This document shows positions 1 to 13,000 of a stretch of 64,000 bases of DNA, one piece after another. Origin of the DNA: Catajapyx aquilonaris (taxonomy: Eukaryota). Each line of letters opens with the position of its first letter. The first letter of the stretch is position 1. A program made the translations under genes and the position numbers. The notes below the pieces were generated by a model. The model searched no databases and was not told the origin of the DNA. It saw only the letters and a list, made by a program, of their open reading frames with translations. The stretch covers positions 1-64,000 of the forward strand of contig KZ538151.1 in NCBI GenBank assembly GCA_000934665.2, written 5' to 3'.

Positions 1-2219
1 GTAATAATTGCGTAATTATTTCGCGTGAATGGCTAAGTTGGTACCCCTGACGTTCTAGGGTATTGCAGCTGGAAGTTGCAGCCAGAATCACTCCGGTTGG
101 GTGATGGGGGTATCGGAATTTCATGAATCGGAGTGACCATGCCCTGAGGCTGAGGATTCTTGGGGAGGGCTATGTGACACCCTTCTTTGGGTCTCCTGGG
201 GAGCAGCAAGGGCACAAGGGTCCGGTTAGCAAACAACTTCTCAGTCAGCCGCTTCTTACAAAGTGGAAGGGCTCCCCCCCGACGGATAAAGAGGGTTCAT
301 TGTCAGACAAACATGCCGCAACACATGGCACTAGTCCGGTCGCCAGATGTGATAGTCTATATAGCCCGACCGGTATAGGCGATAGCATGGAAATTATGTC
401 GATAACAACATTTCCTGTCAGTTATCCGAAATTACATTTCAATATTGCTTCGTCCACTGAAAGATTTTCAGATTATTTATAATAATATTCGGTGGAATCA
501 TATAGACTGCTGTTGAAATTAATTTCCATCGGAATGATACCAATTAATTTTAATTTTTTAAATACATATGTTGCATTATAATGTAACATCCGCGGTAGAC
601 AATATTTTTGTTCATTTACCAAAAGAAAACATTTTCATTGCGTGTGTTGCACAGTGATTTGTATCATTGTGATAGTCTGCTTATATCCGGACTAGTGACC
701 TTCGTGGTCCAAATTTGCAGTGATTTATTATTTAGAGATGTGATTGCCCGTGGCATGATGGATCCTATATCGGCAGACGGGAAGTGCTGGGAAGCTCCAC
801 ACAGAGGCGCTAGTGTGTAGGCACCGGATCTGGTCCCAGGCGGAAAAAAAAAAGAATTGCTATAAACCGGCTGAAATATGGTTCCGAGGGCAGAAATGGG
901 GAGGTAAAAATGCAATTATTTGCACCAAATGATTGTTGGCGCTGGTATGTAGTATGCCGCTTGTGGTTGGTGTTGATACACCCGGTTATGTGTGCGTTGG
1001 AATTTCCCATGCTCGACAGTGCTTCCCTTTAACAATGTTTCCTCTAGAGCTATAGAGTGTTCAGTACAGGGTGTGACCAAAAGTGTCGACTCCTTTAACG
1101 AGTCCCTGTCGGTCATCCCTGCTTCCTGGCGAGCAATATAGGTGAAGATTGGTTGGGAGGGAAGATTAGAGCTGGGCAAACGCCCCCGACTTGAGGGGAG
1201 ACCCCCGGACCTGATCAATCTAGGTGAATAATGCAAAAGGGGGCAGGGATGGGACTCTCCCTCCCTTCCCTACCTCCTTTTTAGGCGGTGCTGCAGGAAG
1301 TCGACAAACGGCCCTCCAAGAGCCTAGAGATAGAAAAGGGCAAAAAGGAGCAGAGGCTAGGGGAGGGGGGAGAATTTGATCTGTCCCGAACACGTGACGC
1401 CTGTTTTCTGTAGAAGGTGGGGGCCATGAACTGCAAGGATTCCGATGGTACAAAGACATGTTTCCAAAGATCCAGATGTTAGCTGTAGAAGTCACCCAGT
1501 AGTCCAAGGCAATAACCCCTCGTGTTTCTTAGATAACGGAGAAGGGGCCACGACCCTGCGAGTCTAGACACGAACCGATCTCCTTTTTCCTGTGGTTTAT
1601 GGTTTTATGGCCAGCCCTGTACCTATTTTTTGGAGGAATTCGGCTCTTTTTTTCCCAAGGACCGGGCGTCGCTGGATGAGAAGTGGCGGCCATCCTCTTG
1701 TATTCCTCTAGGGGAGATAGAACCAGAGCGGCTGCTGGCCATTGATTTTGTGGGGCTTTTGGCAGAGGGATGTGTGTGGTGGTGGTGGTACAGGGAGATG
1801 GGAAGGGGGGGGGGGGACACAGGATGGNCCAGAGTGTGGGGTGGGGCTCTCTCTCTCTCTCCCTCCTCTAGCTTCTGGGTTTTTTGGGTGGGGGTTGGGT
1901 TCAGGATGCGACGGGAGAAAAGACTGCCGAGTTGGGAAGGGATGAGGGAGGAAGGGGGGGGGGGGACCTTGTTCGATTCAATTGTTGCCATTAGTGGGCG
2001 CCGCAGCGCTTTGCACTTGGCCGGCCATTTGCATGCAACCCGAGGGCGCCTTACAATAGAGCTACTTCAAAATCCGCTGACAACATTATTCGATTGAGAA
2101 GCCTGCGATGCGTAAACGGTACGCCAGCACCTGTGAATCACAGGTTGCGAAATAGCAGCGATTTGTCACCGCTACTTGAAATAGCGCTTACCAAGTTTCG
2201 ATTAGTGTCATTATAATTA

Positions 2220-2331
2220 CATTGAAACCTGTCTATGTTGGACATTTTCTTGGAATCGTCAGTGTCTGTTAGGTGTCCAACATAGGGACATGTTGGATAC
2301 CTCCCTATGTTGGACATTTTCTTGGAATTGT
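2220..2331. mobile_element. Left-end fragment of a pogo/Tigger-type MITE
   Basis: TA followed by CATTGAAACCTGTCTATGTTGGACA (CAGTGAAACCTGT-like TIR). 24-bp direct repeat at 2233-2256 and 2305-2328. 15-bp inverted repeat at 2274-2288 / 2302-2316. Related to the element at 26952. Confidence 0.6.
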
Positions 2332-5300
2332 CAATTATTACACGGTTGCAGTTATCGCCATGTCGGCTGCCCATTGGTCAACACTGGTTGCGACACGTCC
2401 CCTTCCCTGATCCCCTGTGGAAAAATAATTTGTGAGCAATGAAGGTCCCTGGCGTGGGGCCATCGGGTGACAAACTTATGAGCTATATCCTGGCGTAGTA
2501 TGCAATCCGGGTTGAAAAGGTATCGGTGTATGTTGGTAAATGCCCGTCACGCAGGCCGCACGAGTCATTCCCAATGGCAGTAACAAATTCGGACAACTTT
2601 TCCTTATCGCACCCTACCCTCCTACCCAATCCAGCATGGGTTTACTTCCATACCAGGCTACGGAAGAGAGAGCGAGCTAGAGACCCCGGTTGGAGCTGAG
2701 TAAATGATGCATGTAGGGAAGGTTTCCCTGGCGGCCCATGCGGAATGCCAAAATCCAACCCTCCCCGACAGATTCGGCCGACATTTTGGTGCTGCGGATG
2801 TTACCTCCAGGGCGGGCCCAGAATTTCACTCTCGGGGAATGGTGGCGGTGGTGGATGTATTGGGTGAGGGGAGATGGTGGGGGGGGGGGGGTTAGTCCTG
2901 TGCTGCTGCTGCTGCTCGGGGATTCGATTTTTGCTGCTAAACTTCCGTGACTGCCTTATGCAGGGATCAAAATATTTAAAGCGGCGGTAGCAGCTGGTGA
3001 CGCTCTGGCGGTCTGCTGCGGTACTGGTCCCAAGGACGATGCTGGGAAACAAAGATGGAGATCGAAACCTGCATATTTGGAGACCAGATTAATTCAGCTT
3101 GTTTCAATTCGGTTGTCTGACTCAGTGGTTACTTGTAAGCAATAATTATGGGATGCTTATTATTTACTGTGTAATACATACATTTCCATACACCTGGTAT
3201 GAAAGTAGCAAGTCCATGCAAGACTGATACTTTCATAAAAATATCATGAAAGCAATGTGTAGTAATAAACTACTGAATGTATCGTAGGAATTTACTCAAT
3301 GTTTATGCAGAGCCACCTAATTTTTTGAGTTGAAATGTACCGACGAGGTGACCTACTTTTTAAGACCATCCCTTTGTTGGTGAAGTATGGATAATAATTC
3401 TGAATTAATTAAGCTTGTTGAACAGTGTTGCGTTCGTTTGCATATTTATGATGTAAATATTGTATAGCAGGCCATATATTTTTTAAAGGCACGACTGCAA
3501 AATTTAGGTCTTTTTTACATTACGCTCTACAGTTCTCATTATACGCTGGAAATTTACTCATACAAGCGCATACAAGGGTGGCAAAATTTTCAGAATATAA
3601 TGCATATATCGATAATAATTTCACCCAATTACGCGTATATGAAATATATTAAGCTACAAATGAAAAATGAAATTATTCATGCAATATACAATATGAAAAT
3701 GAATGTAGCTATATAGTGCGGAAATACTTCCTCTGGTGCACTAGTTTCGTCATCCAGCAATGTTTACATGACAAGTTGTCTCGGCTTCCTGTCCTCATAC
3801 CCGATAGTGGTGACGCTCTGCCGGCAGGCCTTGGCACTACTACACAGCGCCTTGTCGTCGGAACCATTTTAACTGTTTATGACTCCACAATCCGACCCGG
3901 TTGTCGCTGCGGAGATGTCGGATTAAAATAGTCCCAGAACTGTCTTTTGTTGCTTTCGCGGCGGAATTTTAAACGCGCCTTGCCCTTGCAAAATGCATTC
4001 TGGCCTGACTTTTCGACCGCCTTATGCTGAAATATTTAGTAGGGTTGATACGGTACAACTGGCGGGATGAAATTTCTCTCTTCGCTGCCCTACCGCCTTT
4101 ATCTCCTTGTCTCTCCCTCCCCATCTGCAACCATTTTTACGGCCTGTGTTTTTTTTTTCTTCCGCTTTTTCTCCTATTCACACTTTTTTTTTTACAAAAA
4201 AAGCGGGCGGAAGATGACAAACGGCCGAATGCAAGCTCGAAAAGTAACAAAAATCTGCGCGAGTGGAGCGATCGCATCACACAAGCTCTCTAGCGAAAAG
4301 GTTGACATGCAATGGAAGCTGGAGGAATCTCCTGAATTAGAAAAATGGATCGATAAATACATTTAACTGCCGGCAAGCCCGGAGTAGTTTTTTTTTGTGT
4401 GTAGCCAGAGCCGGACTGCGATGTTCTATTCAAATTATCCTTTTTTTAAATGCTGAGATATATAGAGCGAAAATGTGGCTCCCCAACTCCCCCGGAATAA
4501 TTTGAGCAGCCAGTGTGTCCATAGGGTCCTGGGTTCGACCCCCTGGAGGCATTTTAATTCGCCCGAGGCTGAGCAGGCGGGGCTGAAGAAGCGAAAGTGT
4601 ATAGTAAGCCGGCTGATTAGCTTCCTAATCGGCCAAGATCAACGCATGCAGCTTAATTGCTTGATAAAAGCTCCAGCTTTTGAGGCAGTTCCGGATGCGC
4701 CATTTTGAGCGAATCCGGAGCCTTGCATCTGCTGGGCCTCCCGATCGCCGGAAATGACGTTTTGTGCGCTGATTCAGAAAGGGTGTGGTCCCCTCCTCCC
4801 CGTTTTTCAGCAGTGGGAGGTGGAGGAGGAGGAAGGGGGAGAGGAAATTAAAATATTCGAAGCGCATGCAAACCAATACCTGGAGTGTGCCTGCCAGTAC
4901 ACGATGTAATTACGCTGCCGATTTGTTCGCTAGCCCAAGGGTTAAATTGCCCGCGTCTGGGCATGCGCACCAACTACCGGCTAATAAAGATCAATCCGGG
5001 GCTCTAATTGGCTGCCCACGAATATATAGGGGGAGTAGTTGATGGGGACTACCAATTTGGGATTAACCCGGCGGATTCATATTGCTGTTAACGCTCTTGT
5101 TTTGTTGACAACTGAATCAAAAAGCTGCAATGACTACAAAAGTATCTAGTGTAAAAAATACAAAATATCATTATTTACATTCATGCCAATGCAACGTACA
5201 GAATCACCCACTTTGCCAATACATTTTGGTCATTGCACAATTGCAACCTACGACAATGTTAACAAAATATAATGGGTCACGTTTTGCAACAACAACAAAA

Positions 5301-8095
5301 AAACTAATGAGGCATAATTGGGGGTCACGACCTTCGCCCCATAACACACAACAATTTAGAAGCGTGCTGCACCCAGCCTTGTCCAGCCCCTCTCTCCCCT
5401 AAGCATCATAAATCACTGGTAACCGTTGATGTGCTGTGTGCAACCTCAAGGTGTAACCCAGCCAACATGGCAATCGATATTCGCTGCATATATAACCACC
5501 CTGTGTTCTCATGACGAAAAGATAAGCACAAAAAAATTGATTCCAATCTGGTTGACCTCACTCTTTCAACAATTCAGTCGAATCTCTACACCACTGTTGG
5601 CTTTTTTTTTAAAAAAAAAGAAGCTGCTTCATTACAGAGAAATTGCCCATGAACCCCTCGGTCTCCGGGTCATTGATTTTCAATAAGCCATCTGAACCTA
5701 TACCTAAGTTGGGGCCAAGTACTGTGTGAATGGAATCCACTCCTGTTGCAAGTCGACCACACTTTTTTAACAAAAAATGGCCGGTAATTTAATTAAGCCA
5801 ACTTATGCTCCCTCCCCCCGTTGTGTAAATTAATTCTTTAAAACGCATCATGGCTCCGCGTTTATCACCCGGGCCTCCTATTGTTTCAAGTCAGAATCTC
5901 TGGTCTTTCGGAGCTTAGGGCTGTTGTACTTATAATGGCGTGCTTCTAGCCCATAAAAGGTAATATTCTGGCAGAGAAGGTGGTGGTGGTGGGAGGGGGA
6001 GAGAATACTTTTTCCATCTAGTCAGGGAGGAAAATTAAAACGCCGTGCTGGAGCTATAATACTTACGCTGTTACGAGCATGAGATCGTTACGGCTATGAA
6101 TCCGGTAGTGGTCACCCCCGTCAGGACTCTCAGAGAACTTCCGGAAAACATGCCGTCTCCGGAAAAAATCTCTTAGTAATTGGGTGCTTGGAAGTTAAAA
6201 AGAAGCTTAATTAAAAAATCAGAGGCACGTCATACATTTTTTTTTGTGGTGGTTCGTGTCACATTGTATGCAAATGGGTGTCAGACAGGTATGTGATGGA
6301 CGGGTGACTGGAAGTCGTGAGGAAGTTGCAAATCACTTCCTGTCATATGAGAAGGTTTAGACGGGGGTAAGATTCGAATGAAAATTAAAAAATTCCATCG
6401 CGTGACTTATCTTCATGTGTAGTCACTGTTGCACTGAATAAGAATGAGATGAAAGCAGTGCACCATACATGCTTAGGTATGCATTGGGCAAAAAGAAGCA
6501 AGATTAGAGGCGCCAAACGATTGTTGCGTGACGACAATTTCAATTGGCACATTTTGGAAGCTCCCAAAAAAATTTTTTTTGTGAAGGGTCCCTCCCATTA
6601 CTTCGGGTATGGTTTAGTAATAATCCCGCTCCCGTATTTCTTTATTCATTGCAAAGACATGGCAGAGAGTATGATAAAGGGGCATTCGTGAATAATTCGG
6701 CCTGCTACAATGGAACTTTGGAACAAAAGTGGAAGGGCGAAAAAAAAAGAATCCTGTAAAGAAGGTGGGGACAGAACCTAAGCGCATAGGTTTTTAATGC
6801 CTCTCTCAATATTAATACACTCTTTTTTTCCGGAGCAGAAAAAACTTTAACTTTTTTTCCGGATCAAGACACGCCCTTCATTACGTTTAAGTGTCAAGTT
6901 GATTCAGGTCTTTCCCTTATATATGAAAAGCTCTACCCAAACTTCTGGCATCTACTTAAGGCCTACTTGTAGATAGATGCTATTTTAGGCCACACATTTT
7001 GTACGGGTGGCCCAATTTTGGGGTGAACCACCAAAAGAGCCAGGGGGGTCTGTTTAAATGAATTAAATGCATTAATTATAGCTGTAATTGCAGGGAGAAA
7101 ATATCGTTCCGGTGCACTTAATCCTCCCAGCTGTTTCCACTGGAATGCGCTAATAGGTATTCGGCCATTGAGCTTCCCCATTCCGAGTCGGAATCATGAA
7201 TACAAAGGCAGCCTATAAAAGATGTAGCCTACTATCCCCCCCTCTCTTTCCTTTTGAACAAAAAAAAGAGAGCCGGGTTTATTGTACCAGCCAGAGTGGC
7301 ACAATCGGTATTACATGTTTATTACGTTTATTACCAAGAGGGACGGGAGGAATTACTATTTATATCCAGCGATGTTACACTTGTTTTTGAGCGCCGTTTG
7401 CTCGCACTTATCCATGGTTAATATGGCGCAATGAACACGTCAATTTTTTTTTACTGCGAGGTGTGGCTAACGATGCGTATTTCAAGGGGACGAGTTGGAT
7501 GGCTAATTAGGGATCATGCGACCAAGTACTGGATTTAGTATTGCGACGACTGAAGGAGTGATTACGCGCCGTTATCAGATTTCCATGCACACACAGAATA
7601 AAAAAAGGAAGTTTGCATGCTACACGCATTTACTGGGAGAAATATATAACAGTTAAAGGATTTGTACTGTATAGTGACCCATGAGATTATCACATACCGT
7701 GATGATTACTTCCAGCACAGTAGCTGGGGTACGGAGGCAGGCATGTGTACCATTTTCGCACAGTTGGACGTGCGGATGTGCTTATCTGTAATTCCTGGCG
7801 ATTTACAGCTGCTTCCACGGTCAAATTCTTTTATGAATGCCAACGGGTTGCCACACTGTACTATACGCACGTTGGAATATGGGGCATGTACTGTACAGTA
7901 TATCTGACATAATAAAGCATAGTTTGTTTGTAACTATATGTCCGAGATATCTAACTCACTTTCGGAGTGCAGAGAGTGATGAAACTTGGCACACTGACGT
8001 CTTTACGTGCCGGTGACTCCGGGAAAAGTCAGAAAACTGCAATATTTAGAGTCTAAATACCAAAAATGTAGGATTTTTTGGTGTTTTTATATATA

Positions 8096-8418
8096 CAGGG
8101 TGTTTCAACTTTTTGTCCGAACAGTTATCGGAAATATGCACGTAGCTGCTACTTTGTAAGCAGTGACTTTCAAATGGTGATTTTTCGGAGAAACGGGGAA
8201 TATTGCCTGTGAATCGTAGGTTGAAGTGGCATACGTACTGCCCGCTGAAAATTGAGGGTCAAGCCTGGAAAAAAGAGGGGCACACATGCCGTGGGATGTG
8301 CGACCTTCTTTTTCCCCAATCCCCAGACAAATCACCGGTTGCAAGTCACTGCTTACAAAGTAGCAGCTACGTGCAATTTTCCGATAACTGTACGGACAAA
8401 AAAGGTTGAAACACCCTG
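8096..8418. mobile_element. Tc1/mariner-type MITE, 323 bp, with ~90-bp TIRs and TA target-site duplication
   Basis: TA|CAGGGTGTTTCAAC...GTTGAAACACCCTG|TA. The arms include a perfectly inverted 33-bp core TGCACGTAGCTGCTACTTTGTAAGCAGTGACTT. No coding capacity. Confidence 0.9.
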
Positions 8419-9891
8419 TATATAAGATGTATGGTGTCTCATCTGCGGCGCAATTGTGGATCATATTTTTATTGTATTTATCAATCACCGTGCGAATAAC
8501 AGGTTCCCTGCTAGTTCTCCAATATATGAACAACTACTCTTGGCCACTCTGCAGGGTTGGAAACACGCTTTTTGGAAGCCACGAGCCAACATTAATCGGA
8601 GGACCGCGACACACTATGAGCTCCAACCAGGCTAAAAATTGCCTTCCCTTTTTTTTCTTCTTCCTTCCTTCCCCCACCTTCTTCCTCCACTTCCCATGGC
8701 CATTCCCTTATTCTCCTAGGACGGATATGGCAGCCTGGGATTTTCCCCTAAATCCGGGGTAGGGGAGGAAGGTGACGACTTTTGGCGTCCTGCAAACCCC
8801 GCTTTGGCCATTATATAGATCGTGGGGGTGAGAGGGAGGGGGGAAGCCTGGTTGCCGAAAGGGCACAAAGTCCCAAATCCACCACTTTCTCCCTTTATTA
8901 ACCCATATCATGCGAGGAACAAATTACATTCATTAACACTGAGGGTTAATCTCGATCTGTTACTATTAAATCACCTCCAACTGTGCGTGTGCGTTGCATG
9001 TTGACCATGACGTCATGAGGTTGGAAAGAGGGGAGCTTAATTTCAATAGATTTAAATATGTTCTTGATGGGATATCTTCTCCCCCCTCCTGGTCCTAAAA
9101 CATTAGTGGAGCTTTAGAAGGGGGATTAAAGATCGCTTATCTCCCAGGTGAAGACGACTCACCCTCCAAAACACTGAACCCTGTGACCCCACGAATTGAT
9201 TATAACGCTATAACTGAGACCCATTTTTCCCTCCTCCCCTCCATGGCAGGTCCCCAGACATCTTACCTGCCTACTAGCCCTTGATCCATTAATTAGAAGG
9301 CATGTGGGGCGAGCTTAAGCGTCAATTACAGAAGGCAACACGCTGCTTTATTGGGTCGTGTCCTTGTGTGAAAGGTGCTTAAAACATAGGGAAGAGGGGG
9401 GGGGGGGTTGTTTCCCCCATTCTGATTCCAGCACCTGGTTTGAAGCGCACCCAGGCAGCCATTCGCACGAATTTATGGTAATTATCGTCCAGGGAACCGT
9501 TTCCCCAAAGTCGCCGTAACGCCCTAGGTGCCCTAACTTGCATTAAAGGGCCCGTCTGAGAGCTGGGGAGAGGCGTCCCCACCCCCCCAAGGGCCTCAGA
9601 TTGGCACAATTTTCTTGCACACCCCTCCCTCTTGCGTGGGGGGCCATGATACGCCTCATCTGCTCCAGAAAGCAGTTAAACGAACACTTGGCTCAGATTC
9701 CATCGCGGTGATTTTCCAGCCCCAAACTTAAGCCATATTCAACTTGTGTATTGTTCTACCTCCAGGAATGCTTCCAGTGGCACGAGGGAAAGTTTAGCTA
9801 GTTTAGGAGTTGGTTAACCAATCAGAACTCTGTCTTGCATCTGAGCCAATCACATCTCTATACGTCACTGGTCAGATTTGCATATAAGCTA

Positions 9892-10009
9892 TTCAGCCAG
9901 TCATAGCCTTGTATGTCACTAAGCCGTTCAGCCAATCATAGCCTTATACGTCACTAAGCCGTTCAGCCAATCGCAACCTTATATACGTCACTAGCCTTCA
10001 GCCAATCAC
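9892..10009. repeat. 35-bp tandem repeat (3 full units plus a partial) carrying CCAAT and TACGTCA motifs
   Basis: TTCAGCCA recurs at 9892, 9927, 9962 and 9997. Unit is approximately TTCAGCCAATCATAGCCTTATACGTCACTAAGCCG. A degenerate copy starts near 9843. Confidence 0.9.
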
Positions 10010-13000
10010 TGCTCTCGAAACATAGGCAAATCACGATTGTAAATGTGGAATATTTGTTGTTGCCTGGGCTTTGTCACTATAGAATATAGTTAACCCGGTG
10101 ACATCACAAGTGACGTCCAATTATGACAGTGATTTATGACTGTGTACGACCAGATTATGATGTATATTATAAATCTGAGTGTTCCCAATTATTGTGCCAA
10201 TTAAGCCGTGACATGGCCGTGCTTTCCATTCCATCTACTGTGTATATTGAACAACGGACCCTGTCGCTGCATGTGTTTGCCTATGCACAAAGAATTCCGA
10301 GTTAATTTTGTGTAAATGAGATCGATTTATGAATTGACCTAGAGCAAAAACATTTTCCCTGCCAAACTATTAACTAGTTTAATTGTTTCGATATTGCACC
10401 CTCGGTTATTATTCGTCGGAAGGGAGGGTGTGGACTGGATCCCCCCCCCCCCCCCAAAGTATCCGGTAAATTCATTTGGCAGTGGGCCTTCGAAAAAAAG
10501 GCTAGTAAACACCGCATTGACAGTGACACGAAAAATCTTCCGCATGTCACTCAGGTGTCGGATTCCTATCGGATTATTATCCTATTGGATGAAATTGTGA
10601 ATTGGGCTCTCTCCGAACACATATTTTTGGGGGCATGTTTCTTCATTTGACGAACATGGACGGTGTCAGTTGGGATGACATAACGAGGGCAGAGGAACAT
10701 CGTTGTCATTTGTCACTCTGATCAATATTATACTCTCTCTAGTTTTATGTTATATACCGTCGTTGCTACCAGTTTTGTCAACAAAGTCGCCGGTACGCCA
10801 ACTTGTAGCACACACCCCGCCGTTTATATTGGCTGCGGTTGGAAGTGGGTTGGAACTCGGACTGATTGAGTTAGTCTCCCCGAGTTTCGCTTTTCAGTCC
10901 GCCATGTTATTGGTCCGGAGCTAAACAGGTAGCTGGAGCAGACGCCGTTTCATGCCTGTGCCAAGATGGCGATAAGAGGGAACGCTGCCTGCCTCCCCCC
11001 TGCACTTCCGCTTAATTACATAGCCGTTGATGCCCGGCGGAACGACCCAGAAAAGTGTCTCTTCCTAGACGAGATATGGACCCTCATTTAGGAGCCAGCA
11101 ACACTGAGAGAGAGAGAACTGCGCCAGTCTAATCAAGGTCTTACTCATGTCGATTCCCCTGGAAACTAGTGAGATTAACCGACACCCCTGGATCCCCCAA
11201 ATAGTGCTGTAAATTAGTAGGCAGGTAATGCGATAGAAACTGGGGATGAGAACGAACAAAAAAAAAAGAGGAAGCGTTTTTACTGTAGGTTTAGGCTCCA
11301 AGCTAATGCGATTTGCATCTAGGCTGCTAATCCTCCCATCCCTTTGTGCTTCAGGAGAGCTGGAAACAAAAAAAAAATTTGAACCCAAAAGCACGCATGG
11401 TTCTGTATTAGTATCGCGCTTGGTAATGCCACTCAGCGGTACACTCCATTCCGGGACATCCTCCCCACAATTTGCAAATGATAGACGCATAAATTTCATT
11501 ATGGCCAATCGACAACGATGAATTCTAATCATCGTATAAACACAAAATTATTGACATTAATAAATTTTGGGACCGCCCCGGTCCTTTCCATCGGGAGGTT
11601 TTAATGGATTGTATAGTGTCCGAAATGGGCAATGTTGCGGGTTAAAGAAAAAAGTCTGACCCGTGAGTGTCGCCAAAACGATGCGTCAGCAATCATGGCA
11701 AAGGTTAGTGGAACATATTGAGTTCCGAGTACATTGTGGCAGATGGGCCCCGGAGGATTCGCGGCGTTATTCTTGCGAAATGCGTTTGATTAAACGTAAA
11801 CGGAGGGGAGACCCACTGCTGGAAATAAAACGATGTAAAAAAAACCCCTTTGTCGGTCAAAGGACGTGGAAAAATCCCGCAAGATATATGTACACACGGA
11901 TTCTAAAAGGGAAAGTACTGCCATGTAAAGAACTTTCGAGTTGATGCAAACATGTACCTATATAACGAGGTCTCGTTCATCTTCAAGATAGTTTGGTGGG
12001 GACAATTTTTTGCGGCGGATCCTCACTTGGCTAACTCTGGCGATGATCGGCCATGACACGAGGTGATTTTTTGCGTGCGTGGGTTTAGAGTAGTTAACAT
12101 CTGTTTGAGTCAGTCACACTTGGCTGCTGCACGGGAGGGTTTTGCATCCATTCTCTTCCAACAGAAGCAGCAGAAGTCTTTGTCCGTACAAAGCCAATAT
12201 TTCCTCCCAGGAGGTCGAAATGCCTGTGTTCCGAGAGCAAGTGAGACTGACTTCTAGTGCCAACTATCCTTATTCCGTCTGCATGCTCCAGCAAGAGGAA
12301 CAAAACCATCTGCGGAATCTGTTTGCCCCCGCGAATCCTGATCCGAGATCAAAAGGCACTGCCAGAGAGGGTCTGGATGTATATACACGCATATATAAAG
12401 CCATACATTATTTCCTTCCTTTCCCTAACCCTCATCCGACGTATACTTGCCCGTATCCCCCAATATTTATGGCGTCTGTTGACCCTTCGGCCTTGTGTCC
12501 TGGACTGACAATTAACATAATTATGATCGTTTGCTTGCATTGAACAAACCAACTGTCCCCCCTTTTCCTTTGCTTTTCATCCGTCATGGCCTTAAGGGGA
12601 AGCTGGCTTTTCTGTGGTTCGTGACTGTCTTTCCGAGAGATGGCTCTGCTTGCATTGCTGTCAAAGACACAGACCTCGCATTATTTTCTGCCTTTGTTTT
12701 AAACAGAGCTACAAAGAGTAACCTGAAAATAAATTTGAAATAATCTTCTGGCACACCATGTGTACAATATACTAATTTGAAGCTCTTTTTGCGAATGACC
12801 CCTGCACAGTATTTAATATCGAACAATGCTGGCTGGCATTTCTCCCCCATCGGAATCGTTGTTCCCTCGAGGTAAAATATCTGGCAGCGCCACTAGCTTT
12901 GCATAAATCATTAATATGGGGAGATCAAAACTCCCATAAGTAGCCTACTGTAAATGATAAATAAATAGCGCTGACCGTTAATGCCCACTAAGGGTCAATT

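Noticed and set aside
12519..12534. TATGATC|GT as a candidate end of the upstream Ten-a exon (..YD-R)
   Set aside because: An in-frame stop lies a few codons upstream and the donor (GTTTGC) is poor.
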